From Eledone cirrhosa (lineage: Eukaryota): a DNA stretch of 64,000 bases. Under the pieces are notes generated by a model that saw only the letters and a program-made list of their open reading frames with translations, ran no database searches and was not told the origin of the DNA. Below are positions 1-12,892 of this stretch, piece by piece (position 1 is the first letter of the stretch; each line of letters opens with the position of its first letter). The DNA is taken from assembly GCA_964016885.1 (NCBI GenBank), contig OZ024741.1:34720001-34784000 (forward strand), read 5' to 3'. The position numbers were made by a program, and so were the translations under genes.

Positions 1-296
1 TCGCCGAGATTCACTTTGCCTTTCATCCTCACGGGGTCGATAAAATAAAGTACCAGAAATGTACTGGGATAATTGCTGGCCTTGTGCCAACAGTAGAAAC
101 AATTATTTTGTTTGGCAGTATCGGTAGAAGTTCGGCCGCCATGCTTTGCAGCATAGAGTTTCGCCCCCTTATAGTCTGAGTTCAAATACCACCGAGGCTA
201 ACTTTGCCTTTCATTCTTACATGGTCGATAAAATGAATTACCAGTAATGCACTGGGATAATTGCTGGCCTTGTGCCAAAAATAGAAACAATTATTT
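1..296 (+). mobile_element. Two adjacent partial copies of tRNA-derived SINE family A (Nin/Deu-like core)
   Basis: A-box-like TGGCAGTATCGG, B-box GAGTTCAAATAC, core CTTTGCCTTTCATCC..GGTCGATAAAATAAAGTACCAG and tail TTGCTGGCCTTGTGCC..TAGAAACAATT. The same sequence recurs more than 12 times in the window. Confidence 0.85.
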
Positions 297-329
297 TGTA
301 CATTAAGAGATGTACAGTTTGTACATTAC

Positions 330-2421
330 GAAGTCAATTCCCTCCATTCTCTATTTATTTGTTGATATTGGTTTTTACGCATAGAGTTGAAAAATTTCAT
401 TGCCAATGGACTGATCGATTTTGGTTTACATTCAATTACGTCGGTCGGGTCTCAAGCTTCAAGAACCTCTAAATTTGTAAACATATCACATGATAAGAAG
501 CGTTGCATCATTTGTTTTGAAAAGCTCACATAGAAACTCAATATTTTTATTCGAAATTCATGTAACTCCTTTTGGGAAATGGTGGCAGAGTTTTCTATCA
601 AAATACTTTCTGCAGTGGCACCATAATAGATGTCTTCTATTTTAAGATATGTAGAAGGATCGTTCACATTTACTTTACTGGTATCAGTTTCAATAACTCT
701 CTTTTGAGGAAGTTACTGAAAGTAGCTTTTATTCTGGTGTTAATCGGCTTTCGTAACTTATGAATTCTACATGTTTCTGTCTGGAACTCTAAATTGAGCT
801 TAACAATGTCCGGTAAAATATAAGCAAGGAGAGAAAAATACATTTTTGTCATCGGACTTTGTAATTCCCTTAATATTTTGGAAGTCATCATGGGGATGAT
901 ATCTTCCAATGCTGTTGTGAAATATGACAAAAGTGTTGACCATTGCGTCCAGGTTCTTTGTACAATTTGTTTCAAAGAAAGCCATCTTATACGGCTAATA
1001 TGAAGAATTTTGTGAGGACTGATATTTGTGATTTTAAATTCCATATATTTGGCTAGGTGCTTCGGACTATTGCTCAGGTACGAAAAATATTTCTTGGTAA
1101 TTCTTCCAAATAATATGGTAGTTCATTGCAGGCTTTAGAAGCGCATAGATGTAGTGAATGGCAAACACAAGGTTGTATAAATATATCAGGATTTTTCTGC
1201 TTCAAAATATATTGAACTCTTCCTTTGCTTCCCATCATAACACTGGCATTATCAATGGTAAATCCAATTAAGTTTTCAAGAGAAATATTATTCCCAATAA
1301 AAAATGATTGTAGACAATTGTAAATGCCAAGCACACAGCAGTCTTTAATTTCCAGAAGTGTCAACAATTCGTCCAGTCTTTTGAATTTCAGGATTGTAAT
1401 ATCTCGCTACTTGAACAAGCTGCTGGATGTTTCATCTACAATAAGAGAGAACTTCGCTTAATTTAGCTTAGACAATACACCATTTAGTTCTTGCGCACTA
1501 GATGTCATTAGCGATTTTTTAATCAGAGCACATGTTGGCAATAATGTCAGGCAAATAATTCAAAATAGCACTGGGTAGATTGTGCTCAGCAATAAATCTA
1601 CAGTTTCAACTCAGTCGATGCTATTTTCGTTAAGTGAGCAGAACATTGAGCAGGCTTTATAAAATATGTTACCTTCACTGTTTGTTTCGCATTCTTTTTG
1701 GTGCTTATCTGTCTCTTCATGTCCTACTATTTGACTTACTCTACCAGCTATCTCACAATTGCACAATTTATAGAAGCCTTTACTTGTGTTCTTTTTACTC
1801 AGTTCCAAACACGAGGAAAATTTCTCATCGTTTAATAATTTTGAAGGAACTTTTCTTTCATAGAAAGTAGATTTTAGATTTTTCTTCAGGGGAATGTCAT
1901 TTTCGTCAATATATTCCATATTCACTTTTTTTCCATTCTTGGTGGATTCAAGATGTTTCTAAAAAAAGCAAAATAGTTCAGATATTGAAAGATGACACCA
2001 CCAAAGCACACTGCACGCCGCAAGACAACCACAGAAACTGAACTAATACGGTTGTCTTCCAGGATTTCATCTTAATCTATTTATATTTAGATGTCCTTGC
2101 GTATTGTCAATGGAAACTATTTAAGTAAAACGTCTGTGAGCGAATAGTGCGTTATTATTGGCTACCAGGATAATACAGAAGATGGTTGGGTACTGATTTG
2201 AAATAATACGCAGAAGAGTATTGATGTTAAGTGAGATCTGATGGGCAAATACATTTAATGTGTAGTTTCTCGACGTAAAATTAGTCATAGCTGAAAAATG
2301 GTAAATCATTAAATGGTGATCTTAGAATATAATTTAAGCCAAATTCACAAAACATACCAAAAACTCCGGACAGGCCAAATAGTACCAAATTTCTATAAAT
2401 GTACCAACATCGGCAGCGCTG
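330..2421 (-). mobile_element. Degenerate hAT DNA transposon (fragmented transposase, ZNF862/ZBED-like)
   Basis: Minus-strand fragments carry FSLIVDE (~1435-1455), GFTIDNASVMMG, the CxxH motif CVCHSLHL (1074-1367) and RIRWLS (670-1044). A CAG-starting TIR-like end lies at 2421 with subterminal TACCAA repeats. Many stops and frameshifts. Confidence 0.8.
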
Positions 2422-3289
2422 ATGATATGACACATCAGTACAAGTGACTGGTGAACCGTAACTACTCCCACCTATATTACATCTCTCGATATGACGAAAC
2501 TACAGAACTAGTGTATTTCAATGGCACAAATTCGCGTGATACTCCAATAGATGTAATGATAAGCCCAATATCTGTATGGTGCCAAGAATTCAGAGCCTCG
2601 GCCTGCACCGGCTGGAGAGATAGAATAACAGATGAAAGATTATAAAAGACACATCTGTACATCATAGATTATAGTGACAAACGCTTGTATAACACCAGTT
2701 CCACTCTTTAAGTTTCAGTGAATATTATCTAATGACAAGCCTAAACAAGATTACTAGTAATCATGTACACTGTAGGTTTTACTTCACAGTTTCCTTCTTT
2801 TAGCTTGGGGTCCTTCACCCCAGTTAACTTACTGCACGCCCTAAACCAAACAAGCTGGATTTCTAACTTCCCACACACAGATGGGTTATTATAAATACAT
2901 ACAAACAAATATGTACACATATAAACGTACATATACACATGCAAACATCCATCATATACCATTTCACATATACAAACATACATGTATAGATGCATACATA
3001 AATACGTACATACATACGTATGCACTAACAAATACATGCATCCATATATATATGTATATATCTATTTGTTATTGAACCAAAATCTATAAAACAGGCTACA
3101 TGTTGAACATTTATATAAAACAAAAAGCTGATTTACAACGGGAATTATGCCACGTGAAGAACGAATGGTACTTAAAACTGTCTCAAGTAGTGCAAGTTTT
3201 TTTTTATTGTAAGGACATTAAAACTTTTTACGCCCTATTACGACTACCATTTGGCCCTTAGTTATTTTCTTTTGTCCCTGTGCAATCGA

Positions 3290-3860
3290 AGGATGGTGAC
3301 ATTCTTTATAAAGATCCAGCAAACACTATGAAGAGATGAAGAGAACATTTCTCTATTTTTTCTACAATCCTTCTATTGTCGACTTTAATGTCATAGGATC
3401 TACCTCAGCATGATATATTAATCTCAATGAACAATTCACCGACTGTTGAAGAAATCCGACAACTTCACAGGTAAACTTAGGCTAAACACCAGGGTTAGAT
3501 GAAATTCTAGTTGGGTTATTGAAAACTGGAGGGGTCCACATATCATCCGCTATCTATGCACTTCTCGGAGCATGTTAGGAAGGGGCCCCAATAGCTTCAG
3601 ACTGGTTTAATGGAATATTGGTCACCATTTACAAAGATAAAAGACAAAAATGCAATTTCAACAACTCCCATGAGATCTCCCTATTAGAATCTTTTGGAAA
3701 ACTAGTATATACTCTGATGCTGGATCATCTTTCAGAAAGTATTTGTCCATTGGTTCTTCCAGTGACTTCAGAGCAGGAAGGAGGATAGTGAATATGATAT
3801 CAGCTAAGCAGCATAGAGCAGCACATACCTTTGTACCAAATGTTTATTGACTTGTTTAAG
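3290..3860 (+). pseudogene. Degenerate RTE LINE reverse transcriptase fragment
   Basis: Broken frames read DWFNGILVTIYKDK..CNFNNSHEISLL, FRAGR and LYQMFIDLFKA, similar to the RTE at 54981-55688. Confidence 0.65.
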
Positions 3861-4254
3861 GCTCCCGCCGAAAATTATAGAAGCTGGATTCTTATAGAAT
3901 TCTAGTAATAATCAGGAGCTGATTATACAGAGCGATTGCCGATCTAGCAAAAATTAGGTATTAGGATTGGTGCTCTAAGAATCCAGCTTCTATAATTTTC
4001 GGCGGAAGCAGGGGAGTGCGTGGCTCTGATGAACGCCAACCAGCGTGAAACAGACTGTCAGCTTCTCTCTGTATTTCACCTAAAAGAAGTAAGTGATATA
4101 GTCACTACTTTAAAACTGATAGCGTATGGTCTTCTAAATGTTTTTACTTAAACATACGGTATATTGCCAAATATACTATACCTATATGGCCGCAGCCGGA
4201 TGGCTGGAACAGGTAAAAGAGTAATATACATCGCTATTTCAGAGCACCAATCCT

Positions 4255-4255
<1 letters not shown>
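3861..4255 (+). mobile_element. Penelope-like pseudo-LTR remnant with inverted 5' segment
   Basis: 3861-3894 is the reverse complement of 3976-4009, and 4241-4254 is the reverse complement of 3963-3976. Contains a hammerhead motif and ends in (TA)n. Confidence 0.6.
4022..4063 (+). ncRNA. Minimal type I hammerhead ribozyme
   Basis: ggct-CTGATGA-acgc(caacca)gcgt-GAAA-cagactg-TC-agct. Intact core, GUC triplet, predicted cleavage after 4059. Confidence 0.8.
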
Positions 4256-4290
<35 letters not shown>

Positions 4291-4293
<3 letters not shown>

Positions 4294-4935
4294 AGGTGAG
4301 TTTTATTGTAGTACAATAAAGCAATGCAGATATCGGTTAAGTAGCACTCTACAGTTTGTAGGACTGGAGTATAAATAATATAAGATCAAAAGATGGTTAA
4401 AAGAGTTCCATGTATTTTATTATGCGCATTTCAAAAACAAATATCATCATGCGATGACATTTGCGTTTTCATCAGATAAAATAGGGAGACATGATATGAA
4501 GGTTAAAAAACACTTGTGAATAGTGCAGTTTTAAATCAACATATGAAAAGTAGTTTAACATTGATGTGTGATATTGGGAAAAAAATGAGGGTGGGTTGGA
4601 AAGGATAAAAAAGAGGAGGAGATGAGAGTAAAGAATGGAGGGGGTGGAGTATAATAAGGAAGGATGAGATAGGAGGAGAGATGGGTGATAGAAAGAGAGA
4701 GATAGCCTTTATAACTGAGAAAAATATATTGTTTTACAGAGAGAGGTTAAAAAGCCGTTGGAAGATAATATATAGATTAAAAGAATTTTTAAAATAATGA
4801 AGAGAAAAAAAATTAAGAATAATGTTAAATTAAGGTTTGTATATTGAAGGGTTTAATAATATGTGCGATGAAAAGAAATTGTTAATATGTATTAAGAATA
4901 ATATTAAATTAAGGTTTGAATATTGAAGGGTTTAA
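4291..4935 (-). mobile_element. Penelope-like pseudo-LTR / 3' region
   Basis: Contains a hammerhead at 4413-4483 and its 3' end abuts (TA)n. A homologous copy lies at 9770-10427. Confidence 0.65.
4413..4483 (-). ncRNA. Minimal type I hammerhead ribozyme
   Basis: Minus strand: tattttat-CTGATGA-long stem II-GAAA-t(gcgc)a-TA-ataaaata. Perfect 8-bp stem I, palindromic stem III, AUA triplet. Confidence 0.85.
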
Positions 4936-5059
4936 TAGCCTGTAGAAACTGACTAAACATATAGTTAACCATACACAATTCCTTATATATTGCTCTGATT
5001 TTTGATTATTTAATTAATTAATTTGTCATTGAGCCACACCGTGAATGGTTGCCAAAAGC

Positions 5060-5128
<69 letters not shown>

Positions 5129-5762
5129 TCTGTCTAGTTTATGTATATGTAAACCTCTATATTTTATATACTCCCGTAAGGTTGAGTAAAACTTTAGGCA
5201 GTATTCGGGTGCGCTTTCTAGCAACTAGCCGTCAGGTACCAATCACAAGCTTTCTGACTTGACCACTGGCCATGTGACAATTCTTAGCCATTTTGAATTC
5301 GTTTCTGGCGGGGATCATTTAAGAAAAATCTTTGTCCCATTGAGTTTGTTTCCTGATGATTTCGAAACTCGTTGATTTATCCGTGATCGGATATTTCAAA
5401 AAAGCGAATGAAATCTCCGGGGGTAGAAACATAATTTTGGTATTTTTATGTACATTTTTTCTTCTAACTTTGATTTTGTACCTAATTGTCTATGGTTAAC
5501 TATATGTCTAGTCGATTTCTACGGGCTATTAGAAATACTAGGTAAATCTTCTGTGGCTGTGGATCGCGGATAAAATAGCTATCATTTATTTATCTATTGT
5601 TTCTTCATAGGTACATTTTAAACTTATAGCCTTGTTTAATTGATTTTTTTATGTGGTTGATTATGCTGATTGGGAGAAGAAATACTGTATATATTTTATT
5701 AAATGATTCTATGGACTTACTTTCTTATATATTGCTCTGATTGTTGATTATTTAATTAATTA
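4933..5762. repeat. Inverted plus direct repeat pair (PLE-like insertion architecture)
   Basis: ~4933-4980 is the reverse complement of ~5484-5531, and ~4982-5021 is directly repeated at ~5724-5763. Confidence 0.55.
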
Positions 5763-5816
5763 AGATGGCGTAGGACAGAACAAAGGAGAGGCACAAAACA
5801 AAGAAAAGAATCCCCA

Positions 5817-5859
5817 GTCACTGAAGAGGTCACAGAATGTGTGACGAAAGAACTTTGAC
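5817..5859 (+). ncRNA. Hammerhead-like motif in a short dispersed repeat (relatives at 17140-17378, 15331-15472 reversed, 47340-47550)
   Basis: gtca-CTGAAGA-g-gtcaca(gaatg)tgtgac-GAAA-gaac-TT-tgac. One extra nucleotide after the core and a very weak stem III. Confidence 0.5.
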
Positions 5860-6033
5860 AATATATGAACAACCGTCCGGTTGTGGAACCAACCAACCGG
5901 AAATTTATAAAAAATTTTTAAAAGGATTTTTTTAATTTATTTTTTTATTTTTTATTTTTTTTATTTAAAATAAATTGGAGTGAAGCAATTGGTGCGTGTG
6001 TTTCTTATTGGCAACATGACCCTCCCAAAGTAT

Positions 6034-6082
<49 letters not shown>

Positions 6083-6873
6083 CATACATAATAAACAACG
6101 CAATATAATTATTCCATTACCAAAGGTTTCAATTCTCTCTCCCGATCTCTGTAAACAAAGAAGCAAGCCGGAAAGCTGGAATCGATCCATATCTTAGTTA
6201 TCTTAGGGGAAAAGAGCAAAAATAAAACAAGAAAGAACGTGACATAAACAAAACAGCTAAGAATGATAAAGAAATAGATGCATTACTAGCTTACACATTT
6301 AGATATGTATAGATCAAAGTGTATGTTTACATATGTACTGTATATGTTTCAGTTACTAAGAGAATTACAGTGTTTGTGTGTATATGCCAGTGTTTATGTG
6401 TGCGTACGTCTATGTGTGTTTGTGTAATAACATCTGTATGTATTTTGTAATGTTTGGGACAGTAAATATGCCTACCTACTTGTCAACAGGTAGGCAGATA
6501 TTTTACGTATGCGAAACCTATTAACTAAATTCTATACCACAAGTCAAAGACATTCTTATTTATTAGACTCAATGCATAGTTTTTATGTTCTAATATGCGG
6601 TTGTTAATAAACATTTAACTTAAACCTGTAATATATTGTCATGTCTTATCTATTTAATCGTGATCTTTTATAAATACCATCTCTAAATTTATTTGAAGTA
6701 TTCGTCTTCTCATCTTCACATTGCTCCCTCTTGTTCTCGCCACCCTATCTCTTTCACATACACTCACACACAGATACACACACATACACACACATATACA
6801 CAGACACACACATACTGAACGTATAAAAGGTGCAAATATGTTACAGTTACTGCTCAGTGTCATCACAATGGAA

Positions 6874-6920
<47 letters not shown>

Positions 6921-6996
6921 TATACATATATATATATATATGTGTGTGTGTGTGCGTGTGTGTGTCCGTATATATATATATGTATATAATAATAAT

Positions 6997-7200
6997 AATT
7001 GTTTCTACTTTTGGCACAAGGCCAGCAATTTGAAGGGGAGGGGGTCGATTAAATCGACTACAGTACATTACTGGTATTTTATTTTATCGACCCCGTAAGG
7101 ATGAAAGGCAAAGTTAACCTCGGCGGGATTTGAACTCAGATCGTAAAGGGACGTAACTATGCTGGAAAGCATGTTCGACCCTCTACCGATACTGCCAATT
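6997..7200 (-). mobile_element. tRNA-derived SINE family A
   Basis: Near full-length reverse-complement copy with A/B boxes and the core. Confidence 0.85.
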
Positions 7201-7889
7201 CAATGTTAAAACGAAGTCATCGGAAGGAGCGATATATCTTCCACCGTTTTCTCACTCACTCAATACTTTAATGAAGCCAGCATCATTAAAATACCAACCA
7301 ATAAGGAAATCAGAGTGCACACTAATATGTTAAATAGTGAGATAAACAATTTTGTGTGTAGAGAGAATTTGATTCTCTGGCCCCGGACTAATGCACCAGT
7401 TTCTGCTACCTCATCAGATGAAGACAGTCCATGTTGGACTGGCGTGTACAGAAATTAGGTAATGCTATTAAACATTACGTAATCGGCTAAGATAAGCTTC
7501 ATCTGTGTGGAATTAGCCTCCTCTCGACAAGTCACATACGAGCCCGCTGTATTTGGTATAGAATAGCCATTACAGCAGTTAGCTCCACTTATAGTGCCAT
7601 GTGACAGTGAAGGGGAGCTAAGCTAGTATTCCCTATTTTTTAGGAACACGCTGGCATGTTTTTACAAATTGAAAACAGTAAAGAATGGGCCATTAAGCCC
7701 TCAACCAGGGCTTCTGTATAGAAAGTAAAGACAAAATTGCAAGCAATTAATAAAAATCGAACTATAATAAACAGAGTAAAAAGTTCAACTTACAATTTGT
7801 ATGCGGTTTATCCCTGGGAGTTTAAATAATTGTTTCTACTTTTGGCACAAGGCCAGCAATTATTCAGTGTATTACTGGTACTTTATTTT

Positions 7890-8160
7890 AGGGTACTATT
7901 TGATTTTTTAAAGCCAAATAGAGCAGTCGAAATTTATCACTGACTTACGAGCATTTAAGATGTCATCAACTTCGAAATCCTTAACCACCGTGAGCGTTTT
8001 AGCGAAATTGATAGCTCTAAAAAGAAGTGGTAAAGTGATGGAAGTAGTAGTTGTTGATGTCAAATTGGATAAAACGGCAATGTTCCATGTTGCATATGCC
8101 ATTGAACCAATCAATCACCGTGAAAGAATTATTCCACAGGGCTATAATCCTATCTAAAAT
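7890..8160 (-). pseudogene. Penelope-like (Naiad-type) reverse transcriptase fragment
   Basis: FIQFDINNYY then, after a frameshift, SITLPLLFRAINFAK...ILNARKSVINFDCSIWL. This matches the PLE RT motif A region. Confidence 0.65.
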
Positions 8161-8333
8161 TCTTTTACTATATATATATATATATAACAACTAGAATTAT
8201 AGTTGTTATAAAATGCTTGGACCTATTCATTAGAATCTTGGAGCTTATTTTACGGGTGATATGGCGCATGCCTTTCTGGCATGACACCCATAATTTTGAT
8301 TTAGATTAAATTCACTTTGATTTATCTTAATTT

Positions 8334-8394
<61 letters not shown>

Positions 8395-8396
<2 letters not shown>

Positions 8397-9145
8397 GTTT
8401 GTATATGTATAATAAAGCCAAAACAATGCAGGTATGGACATAGAATAAAGAATGCAAATGCAAAAGATATTGTTGACAATTAGTCTTTTACCTTAGATTT
8501 ATTTAAATGTCCTTAATTTTCGAGATAATATCTCTTCTTCGGAGGGAAGTAAAGCGGTTAAACCAGTGTTCTAAATAGCTTGCCAAGTCATGCTGACAGG
8601 AAATGGTATAGAGTATCTGTTCTATCTCTAATGTCAAAGAGTTAAGGTTAGGTGGATAAAGAGTAGTTACCCTTTAAAAGGGTTTTTTTGTACAGGCCTG
8701 TTTAAGAGTGTGGGAGAATGTGTGAGGTGTAAGTATGTGTGTGTGAGTGTAAGAAGATATGTCTATACGTAAATGTGGGGGATAGATGTTATCTCGTGTT
8801 AGAACTGGTCTTTGTGTGTGTATGTGTGTGTGTGCGAGAGAATAAGTGGGGTGTAAGCGTGTGTGTGTGTGTGTGTGCGTGTGTGTGCGTGTGTGTGTGC
8901 GTGTGTGTGTGCGTGTGTGTGTGCGTGTGTGTGTGGGAGGGGGTGGGTGTGTAAATATGGGGCTAGATGATATATCAAGTTATAAATTGGTGTTGAGTTC
9001 TAGTCTATTATTGATTGGTGGTTGTGTTTTGTCTATAATTAGTGCTTCGTTAATTCTAAGATTGCCGAGGTTTCTTTCCTTAGTTTCTATCCTAACTGTT
9101 ATGGTTTTGTCGGTGTTTTTGCATTTAACTAGGTGTTTCAAAATT
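8395..9145 (-). mobile_element. 5'-truncated Penelope-like element (GIY-YIG C-terminus plus 3' pseudo-LTR)
   Basis: 8980-9140 minus reads LKHLVKC...LRINEALIIDKTQPPINNRLE*, a GIY-YIG C-terminal pattern. A variant hammerhead (CCGAAGA...GAAA) lies at 8511-8545. Both ends abut (TA)n. Confidence 0.65.
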
Positions 9146-9169
9146 AAAATAACAGATTAAAGGTTTAAG

Positions 9170-9238
<69 letters not shown>

Positions 9239-9290
9239 TTAAACCTTTAATCTGTTATTTTAATATATATATATATATTAATATAATATA

Positions 9291-9640
9291 TATATTATAA
9301 CTGAACAAAAAAGAAAAAGGAACACAGATATTTACATGTATGTGTTCAAATCGTAATGGACCAGAATCGCTAAGGTGAAAAAAATACTAACTACAGACAA
9401 TATGGTTTGCCAGACTCAATTTAAGAATAAATCAATTGTGGTAACAACCGAACACCCTCGGTTGTTACCACAATTATGGTTTGTATTTATTTTTCTTGAT
9501 TTATTCTTAAATTGAGTCTGGCAAACCATATTGTCTGTAGTTAGTATTTTTTTCACCTTAACGATTCTGGTCCATTACGATTTGAACACATACATGTAAA
9601 TGTCTGTGTTCGTTTTTCTTTTTTGTTCAGTTATAATATA
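9291..9640. repeat. Long foldback inverted repeat with a nested inner hairpin
   Basis: Arms 9291-9435 and 9496-9640 differ at about 3 positions. A perfect 18-bp inner hairpin spans 9434-9475. Confidence 0.9.
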
Positions 9641-9717
9641 CGGCTCGGAAAAGCTTTTTTCTTAGAGCTAATTTACTGTAATGAGACTATTTTGAGTTTC
9701 CAACTCAATACATGACT

Positions 9718-9769
<52 letters not shown>

Positions 9770-10427
9770 AGGAGGTGAGTTTTATTGTAGTACAATAAAG
9801 CAATGCAGATATCGGATAAAAATTCCTTCGTAAACATAAACTTTTTTTGACGTTAGATTATTCATCCCCTATTCATTATTTTTTTCTCCCTTTCATCTAA
9901 CTTATTCATGCCCATCTCACAATATATCCTTACTTACATCACAACATTTTCTTTCCATCGCACATATTATTAAACCCTTAAATATTATTCTTAATACATA
10001 TTAATATTTTCTTTCCATCGCACATATTATTAAACCCTTCAATATACAAACCTTAACTTTACATTATTTTTCTCTTCGTAAATTTTCAAATTCTTTTAAT
10101 TTATACATTATCTTCCAACGGTTTTTTCAACCTCTCTATGTAAAACAATATATTTTTCTCAGTTATAAAAGCTATCTCTCTCTCTCTATCACCCATCTCT
10201 CCTCCTATCTCATCCTTCCTCACTATACTCCCCCCCCCTCCACTTTTTACTCTCATCTCCTCCTCTTTTTCATCCCCCCCCCCTCAACATTTTTTTTTCC
10301 CAATATCACACATCAATCTAAAACTACTTTTCATATGTTGATTTAAAACTGCACTATCCACAAGTGTTTTTTAACCTTCATATCATGTCCTCCTATTTTA
10401 TCTGATGAAAAAACAAATGTTATTATA
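9770..10427 (+). mobile_element. Second copy of the 4291-4935 PLE pseudo-LTR, rearranged and truncated
   Basis: 9770-9815 equals 4291-4336. ~10010-10420 is the reverse complement of ~4460-4880 and breaks off inside hammerhead stem II, after CTGATGA. Confidence 0.75.
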
Positions 10428-10429
10428 CA

Positions 10430-11353
10430 AAACAAAACATTTTAGTAACAGATGGGCAGAACGTAATATCTGCCTCCCAACCATTACACAATCCACCTGT
10501 ACCGCTATCACAACCTATCCATGGTATACCCGCTACCCACAACAAAGAATGTAACTGCCATCTACCTTAAAGATGTCCATTGAAGAATGAATGCCTAAAG
10601 TCCAACATTGTTTACCAATGCACGGTTGAATCGAACGGCCAGAAATAGTATTATATCGGATCTACCACCACCTCGTTTAAATCTCGCTGGTACCGTCATC
10701 GATTCTCAATCAAACATCCTAATCACCGTTTTGTGACCACGCTCGCCAACAAGACCTGGCAACTCCGTGAACACAACCAACAGTTTACCTTAAAATGGGA
10801 TATACTTTCCAGCGCAAGTACATATCGGAGTGGATTGAAGTACTGCAGGTTATGTAACCTTGAACTCTTTTACATATTAAAATCCCAAAACAAACTACTT
10901 AACGATAGAATTGAACGATCATTATACTGCAACCACAAACTAAAAGCTAAATTCTCTCACTATAAAATAACTTAACATTCGAACCCGTAACTATAACATC
11001 GCTTTCTAGCTAACCACCTTCTTTTCCCCCACACTACAAGACAATACACTGCTTATCACTATAAATGGTAACTCAGTGCAATTCACAGATTACTACTACA
11101 AACCCAAAGTTCACTCACCACATAAACTTCGTCTGTCCCCTCTCTACCTCTCTCTCTACATCCATTACACTCTCTCTCTCTCGCCTTTGGCCTACCTCCC
11201 TCTCCACATCTATGAACCTGCCCTCTGGGGCAATAAATAATTCCGACCTTAACTATCAACGCATCTCTCCAAAAGTAACCAGTATAATAAAACCCCTACC
11301 ATAACATTTTGATTAAGATATCTACAAACCACTCTCTCCTACTTCTCCAACCC

Positions 11354-11416
<63 letters not shown>

Positions 11417-11680
11417 TCCCCTACTTTTCTCTCTTCCTTTTCTACTCTATCTTCCCCAACAACCCCACTTAAGGGTATTTACATTGTACATTTTACCATT
11501 CTGCTCTGAGGATACAGTGGTCACAGCATTGGATATTTGAGTTCTGCAAATACTTGTAAATTTGCACATAGCATAACTAGGCATAACTAGTAACATAGCA
11601 TAACTAGTACCACCGTGGAAACATTTGTAAGCACACGGAATAAATTACCTTTTTATGATGTCTACCTGTTATTATTCATT

Positions 11681-11685
<5 letters not shown>
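10430..11685 (+). mobile_element. 5'-truncated Penelope-like (Naiad-type) element: GIY-YIG endonuclease pseudogene plus 3' region
   Basis: CNC-x5-CPL-x3-C, IVYQC..YYIGSTT..FKSRW..H, CRLCNLE and LNDRIE..CNH at 10550-10975 with two in-frame stops. A hammerhead lies near the 3' end, followed by (TA)n. Confidence 0.85.
11502..11633 (+). ncRNA. Type I hammerhead ribozyme with a ~90-nt insertion in loop II
   Basis: tgct-CTGAGGA-tacagtggt...accaccgtg-GAAA-catttg-TA-agca. GUA triplet, predicted cleavage after 11629. Confidence 0.75.
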
Positions 11686-11742
<57 letters not shown>

Positions 11743-12702
11743 TTGGTTAGCACTCTGAGGCAGGTTTTGTTCTCTATACGTTCAAACCATATCTCATTGA
11801 GTGAATAATTGTGAGCAAACGAGTTTATGGCGAACATTCCCTATAATCTCTATATATAAGCCTGTTATAGGTGTACGTTTGCGTCCCATGTTTACGTTTG
11901 TGTCTGTCTGAATTTATTTCCTTAATTTAGATGTTCGATAAAAAAGTGAATAGAGTTTCATTCGCTCTATCAAGCGGCCACTAAAAATTTGACCTTGTGT
12001 GGCTTCGTAGATAAGTTTCTATTGTAATCGTTTTATAGACGTCACTGTCTCTGCGATTTTGGCGTGGAAATCGCATCTGTCTATCTGTCTATTCTGAAGT
12101 TCTGGAGACAGGAACAGCGATTCTGATAACCACCCATCTTGCGGAGTCAAAAGAAGGTAGTTGCAGAAATGATTTCAAGCAGTTAAGAAGTAATCCACTG
12201 TCTCACACAGACCTTGTGGGTCTCTCTCTCTTTTGCTCTCTCTCATTGCCAGACAAACGACTATCAGCCCATTAAGAAAGAGGGCAAATACCATATTTTA
12301 ATCATTGCACACACGCATGTATCACAACAACTTAAGCCTTGTTTCATTACATTGTCCGTGATAGCCTCGTAGCAGGCTATTGACTTAATAAATATGTTTT
12401 AGTAACAATCATGTTTTTTTTGTTCATTCATCGGCTTTTCACATAGCATTAATATATGGGACAATTTTTACCTTATGCAACAAGCCAACTACTTTACTAC
12501 TACAGCTTCTGCCATGCTCAAATGAACAATAACAAACTCAAGCCAATTCTTTTCATCACTACACAACTCACCATCCACTTCGCCAAATTTCTTTTTGCTA
12601 CATAAGAACCGGACTTGAAAAAATAAGTACTGGGGTCGATATGATCGACTAAATCAAAGCGTTAATTTGAGTGGAACGAAAATTGTGTTGTTGATATAAA
12701 TT

Positions 12703-12892
12703 AATTGTTTCTACTTTTGGCACAAGGCCAGCAATTACCCAGTGCATTACTGGTACTTTATTTTATCGACCCCGTAAGGATGAAAGGCAAAGTCAACCTC
12801 GGCGGGATTTGAACTCAGATCGTAAAGGGACGTAACTATGCTGGAAAGCATGGCGTCCGACCCTCTACCGATACTGCCAATCCACCACCCTT
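12703..12892 (-). mobile_element. tRNA-derived SINE family A
   Basis: Full-length copy. The sequence TGTTGTTGATATAAATTAAT occurs on both sides (~12686 and ~12892), consistent with a target-site duplication. Confidence 0.9.

Noticed and set aside
2451-2665. Short overlapping ORFs on both strands
   Set aside because: No recognisable motif or supporting splice structure.
5350-5375. CTGATGA-tttc-GAAA hammerhead-like match
   Set aside because: There is no stem II and no stem I pairing, so it is probably a chance match.
7330-7620. Possible host exon or hammerhead in a less AT-rich patch
   Set aside because: Candidate exon frames hit stops and resemble no protein I recognise. The minus-strand CTGATGA..GAAA lacks stem II.
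11845-12500. Non-autonomous Helitron (TCTCTATATATAA start)
   Set aside because: No clear 3' hairpin plus CTRR end, so support is too weak.
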